Shown here one piece after another: positions 47,799 through 50,240 of a stretch of DNA of 50,240 bases. The position numbers and the translations under genes were made by a program. Within the stretch, counting starts at the first letter, position 1; every line of letters starts with the position of its first letter. Below the pieces are notes generated by a model that was not told where the DNA came from, ran no database searches, and saw only the letters and a program-made list of their open reading frames with translations. The DNA is from Omnitrophica WOR_2 bacterium RIFCSPHIGHO2_02_FULL_45_21 (GTDB lineage: Bacteria; Omnitrophota; Gorgyraeia; Gygaellales; UBA12090). The DNA lies in assembly GCA_001805575.1 (NCBI GenBank), contig MHGN01000063.1:1-50240 (forward strand), written 5' to 3'.

Positions 47799-48428
47799 CT
47801 ACTCCGTCTTCTTGGCAATGGTTCTAAAAATCCATAAATAAACGCCTAAGAGAAAAAACGCGCCCGGGGCAATAGTCAAGATTGACCAGTTCATCCAGGC
47901 CTGCGGCATTACCTTTAACCCAAAGAGTGTGCCAAAGCCCATGGGTTCTCTAATAAGCGCCATTAAGAGCAGCATAAAGCTATAGCCGATACCACATCCT
48001 GCGCCGTCAAGAAAAGACATCCACGGCCCGTTTTTAATCGCGAACGCTTCCGCCCTGCCCATAAGAATACAGTTGGTAATAATCAGGCCTACATAGGGGC
48101 CCATTGACTCGCTTATCGGCGGGAAATACGCCTTCAGCACCCTGTCCACACAGATAACAAAGGTAGAGATAATCACCATATAGGCAAGCATTCTCACCCT
48201 GGAGGGTATAGCATTGCGAAAGAAAGAAACGAATAAAGAGCTAAAGGCGGTGCAGAAGGTAACCCCGATACCCATAGCAATGGCGTTATCCATTTTATTG
48301 GTAACTGCCAGCATTGAGCAAATGCCTAAGACCATACAAAAGGTAGGATGATCATTCCACATCCCTGTGCTAAGGACCTTAAACCATTTGCTCTGCCTGA
48401 AACTTCTTTTAATCTGCTTCTTGGGCAT
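47799..48428 (-). CDS. nqrD: NqrD/RnfE family subunit
   Basis: LGICSMLAVT, YVGLIITNCILMGRAEAFA, APGAFF. Confidence 0.88.
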   Translation of the reverse strand: MPKKQIKRSFRQSKWFKVLSTGMWNDHPTFCMVLGICSMLAVTNKMDNAIAMGIGVTFCTAFSSLFVSFFRNAIPSRVRMLAYMVIISTFVICVDRVLKAYFPPISESMGPYVGLIITNCILMGRAEAFAIKNGPWMSFLDGAGCGIGYSFMLLLMALIREPMGFGTLFGLKVMPQAWMNWSILTIAPGAFFLLGVYLWIFRTIAKKTE

Positions 48429-48436
48429 TCCTTATC

Positions 48437-49012
48437 TTAACTTTTCAGTAAACTCAGATTCTTCTCAATACTTTCGTTCAATAATTTCTCTAACGCCCTA
48501 CTGGTGCCGGTAGCGCCGGTAATCGCGTCTACCTCATTATTTGCCCTGGCATGCCCCTGCGCCGTAAAGATTAATCTGGGAATAACTTCTTTATTTTTAA
48601 ACTGGCCTAAATATTCTTTTTCTACTATCCTCGCCCCCAGGCCGGGAGTTTCCTCCTGATGCAGGATTTTAATCGTGCGGATTGTCTTAAGGTCGGAATT
48701 GATGCTAGCTATGCCGCGTATCGGCCCCCACAGGCCGGGGCCTTCGAATTTGAAAGCCACCGCCCCGTCAGCTCCTCTGTAGAAGGCATATTTGTCTTTT
48801 TGCAGGACTTCCACGTTTTGCTCAAATAATCCCAGGACCGCTTCCTTACTGCCATAGGGAACCTCCAGGGCATCAAGAATTGATGATTTTAATTTCAGTT
48901 CTTCGTTCTTTTTAATCTGCGGCTCGGTAATCTTACTCAAACCCACTAACATTATGCCTGAGACCGTGCCCATAACGATGACAAAGATTATAATTCTCAA
49001 CGCGGCTTTCAT
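48437..49012 (-). CDS. nqrC: NqrC/RnfG FMN-binding subunit
   Basis: GPGLWGPI, ETPGLG, VDAITGATGTS flavinylation motif. Confidence 0.88.
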   Translation of the reverse strand: MKAALRIIIFVIVMGTVSGIMLVGLSKITEPQIKKNEELKLKSSILDALEVPYGSKEAVLGLFEQNVEVLQKDKYAFYRGADGAVAFKFEGPGLWGPIRGIASINSDLKTIRTIKILHQEETPGLGARIVEKEYLGQFKNKEVIPRLIFTAQGHARANNEVDAITGATGTSRALEKLLNESIEKNLSLLKS

Positions 49013-49022
49013 TTTTCCTTAT

Positions 49023-50099
49023 TTATTTCTTCAGCGCGGGATATTTTACATCTAAGACCAGGTGGTCAATCAAAGGCGCGAAGACATTCAGAAGCAATAT
49101 ACTAAACATAACTCCCTCTGTGTATCCGGATAAACCCCGAATCAAAACCACCAAAAATCCGAACATAATGCCGCCCAGCCATTTGCCGGCTTTGGTAAAG
49201 GGACAGGTAACCGGGTCAGTAAGCATAAAGAATGTTCCCAGCAGCAATCCTCCGTTTAAGATTTGAAACAGAGGCGGGGCAAATTTTTGCGCGGCAAAAA
49301 GATTGCCTAAGAATGAAAAAAATAATACCGATAAAATAGCGGCAAGCGGAAGCCGCCAATTGCTGACTTTGGCTAAAATCAGGAATAAACCGCCTAAGAT
49401 AATTCCGATACGAAAGGTCTCGCCGATACAACCTAAAGAATTACCCAAAAATAAATCTAAGTAACCGGTGAACAACTTCTCGTTCTTAAACAGGGCCAGC
49501 GGCGTTGCCTGGGTGGTGGCATCAGCGGAAAATTTTAAAAAACCGCCTAAGCCCTGATGAAAAGGCTGGCTCCAGGAAACCGTCATGCCTTGAGGAAAAG
49601 CAACGCTGAGGAAAATTCTACCCACAATTGCCGCGTTAAAGACATTTCTTCCGGTTCCGCCAAAGGCCTCCTTGCCAAAAATCACTCCAAACATCACTCC
49701 CACTGCCACCATCCACAAAGGCACTGTTGGCGGCAGAATCAAAGGAAATATCAAACCGGTAACTAAGAAGCCTTCGTGAATTTCTTTTTTTCTAACCACC
49801 GCGAAGGCAACCTCTACCAGCCCGCCGAATATATAGGAAACGGCAATAACCAATAAAACCCTCAAGCCCCATAAATAGACAGCGGCAATAGTGGCCGGCA
49901 AGAGGCCGATTACCACAAAGCTCATAAAGCGCTTGATATCAATATGGTCAACGATGTGCGGTAAAGCGGTAACCTGAGCCGTGCCAAAGAAGAACTCATC
50001 CGTGGCATTAATTACCGGCTTAAAGCGCTTAAGAAGCTTATTTTGCTCACTTAACTTATTAAGATTTTCAAATATGTCTCTTAAAAACTTCATCCTCAA
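49023..50099 (-). CDS. nqrB: NqrB/RnfD family subunit
   Basis: DIKRFM, HEGFLVTG, KEAFGGTGRNVFN, TQATPL FMN site, GCIGET, FMLTDPVT. Confidence 0.88.
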   Translation of the reverse strand: MRMKFLRDIFENLNKLSEQNKLLKRFKPVINATDEFFFGTAQVTALPHIVDHIDIKRFMSFVVIGLLPATIAAVYLWGLRVLLVIAVSYIFGGLVEVAFAVVRKKEIHEGFLVTGLIFPLILPPTVPLWMVAVGVMFGVIFGKEAFGGTGRNVFNAAIVGRIFLSVAFPQGMTVSWSQPFHQGLGGFLKFSADATTQATPLALFKNEKLFTGYLDLFLGNSLGCIGETFRIGIILGGLFLILAKVSNWRLPLAAILSVLFFSFLGNLFAAQKFAPPLFQILNGGLLLGTFFMLTDPVTCPFTKAGKWLGGIMFGFLVVLIRGLSGYTEGVMFSILLLNVFAPLIDHLVLDVKYPALKK

Positions 50100-50240
50100 T
50101 ACACCTCTTTTGCTCCCCGGTATTCTTCAATGCCTCTTATATTATCAAAGTAGGGCAGGATACACTGGTTGCGGTCACAGCCCTGGATAGTCAACTTTTC
50201 CTGGCCTTCCTTAATATATTTAGCTAAGGGAATCTTGGAG
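50096..50240 (-). CDS. 3' end of a probable RnfC/NqrA-like subunit (partial)
   Basis: Hand translation SKIPLAKYIKEGQEKLTIQGCDRNQCILPYFDNIRGIEEYRGAKEVY*; SKIPL fits the (CP)SKIPL end motif; stop overlaps the nqrB start. Confidence 0.55.
   Translation of the reverse strand, partial: SKIPLAKYIKEGQEKLTIQGCDRNQCILPYFDNIRGIEEYRGAKEVY

Noticed and set aside
237-50190. Numerous 60-140 aa ORFs antisense to or out of frame within assigned genes
   Set aside because: Shadow ORFs overlapping well-supported genes, with no recognisable motifs

Overview
A bacterial chromosomal segment, almost all on the minus strand. It probably comes from an uncultured anaerobe; Omnitrophota is inferred from an SSP/GGIDF-type giant-protein remnant and the HisKA_7TM/receiver locus. 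Most of the window (6.7-50.2 kb) is a near-complete anaerobic respiration kit: an Nqr-type NADH:quinone oxidoreductase, polyprenyl synthase and MenA, alternative heme genes (ahbA/B/D), Moco biosynthesis genes, TatAC, a formate dehydrogenase with AsrA/AsrB-like partners and an FNT channel. It also has two periplasm-facing Mo-bisPGD reductases, each behind a sigma70 promoter with a Rex/CRP-like operator: an NXR-type nitrate/nitrite oxidoreductase wired to two CuA cupredoxins and a NapH-like protein, and a TtrBCA-like enzyme. Between the polyprenyl synthase and menA lies a radical SAM + PqqD/RRE pair followed by an unannotated 58-aa peptide with a YxxP leader motif, a candidate new RiPP or prenylated-cofactor system. 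The left 6.6 kb is an AT-richer signalling locus (PilZ-methyltransferase, ketosynthase, two cyclases, three receivers, 7TM sensor). Several small palindromic DNA element families sit in or between genes, along with a degenerate attC site and a head-to-head junction of two 5'-truncated genes. No tRNA, rRNA, CRISPR array or transposase was seen.
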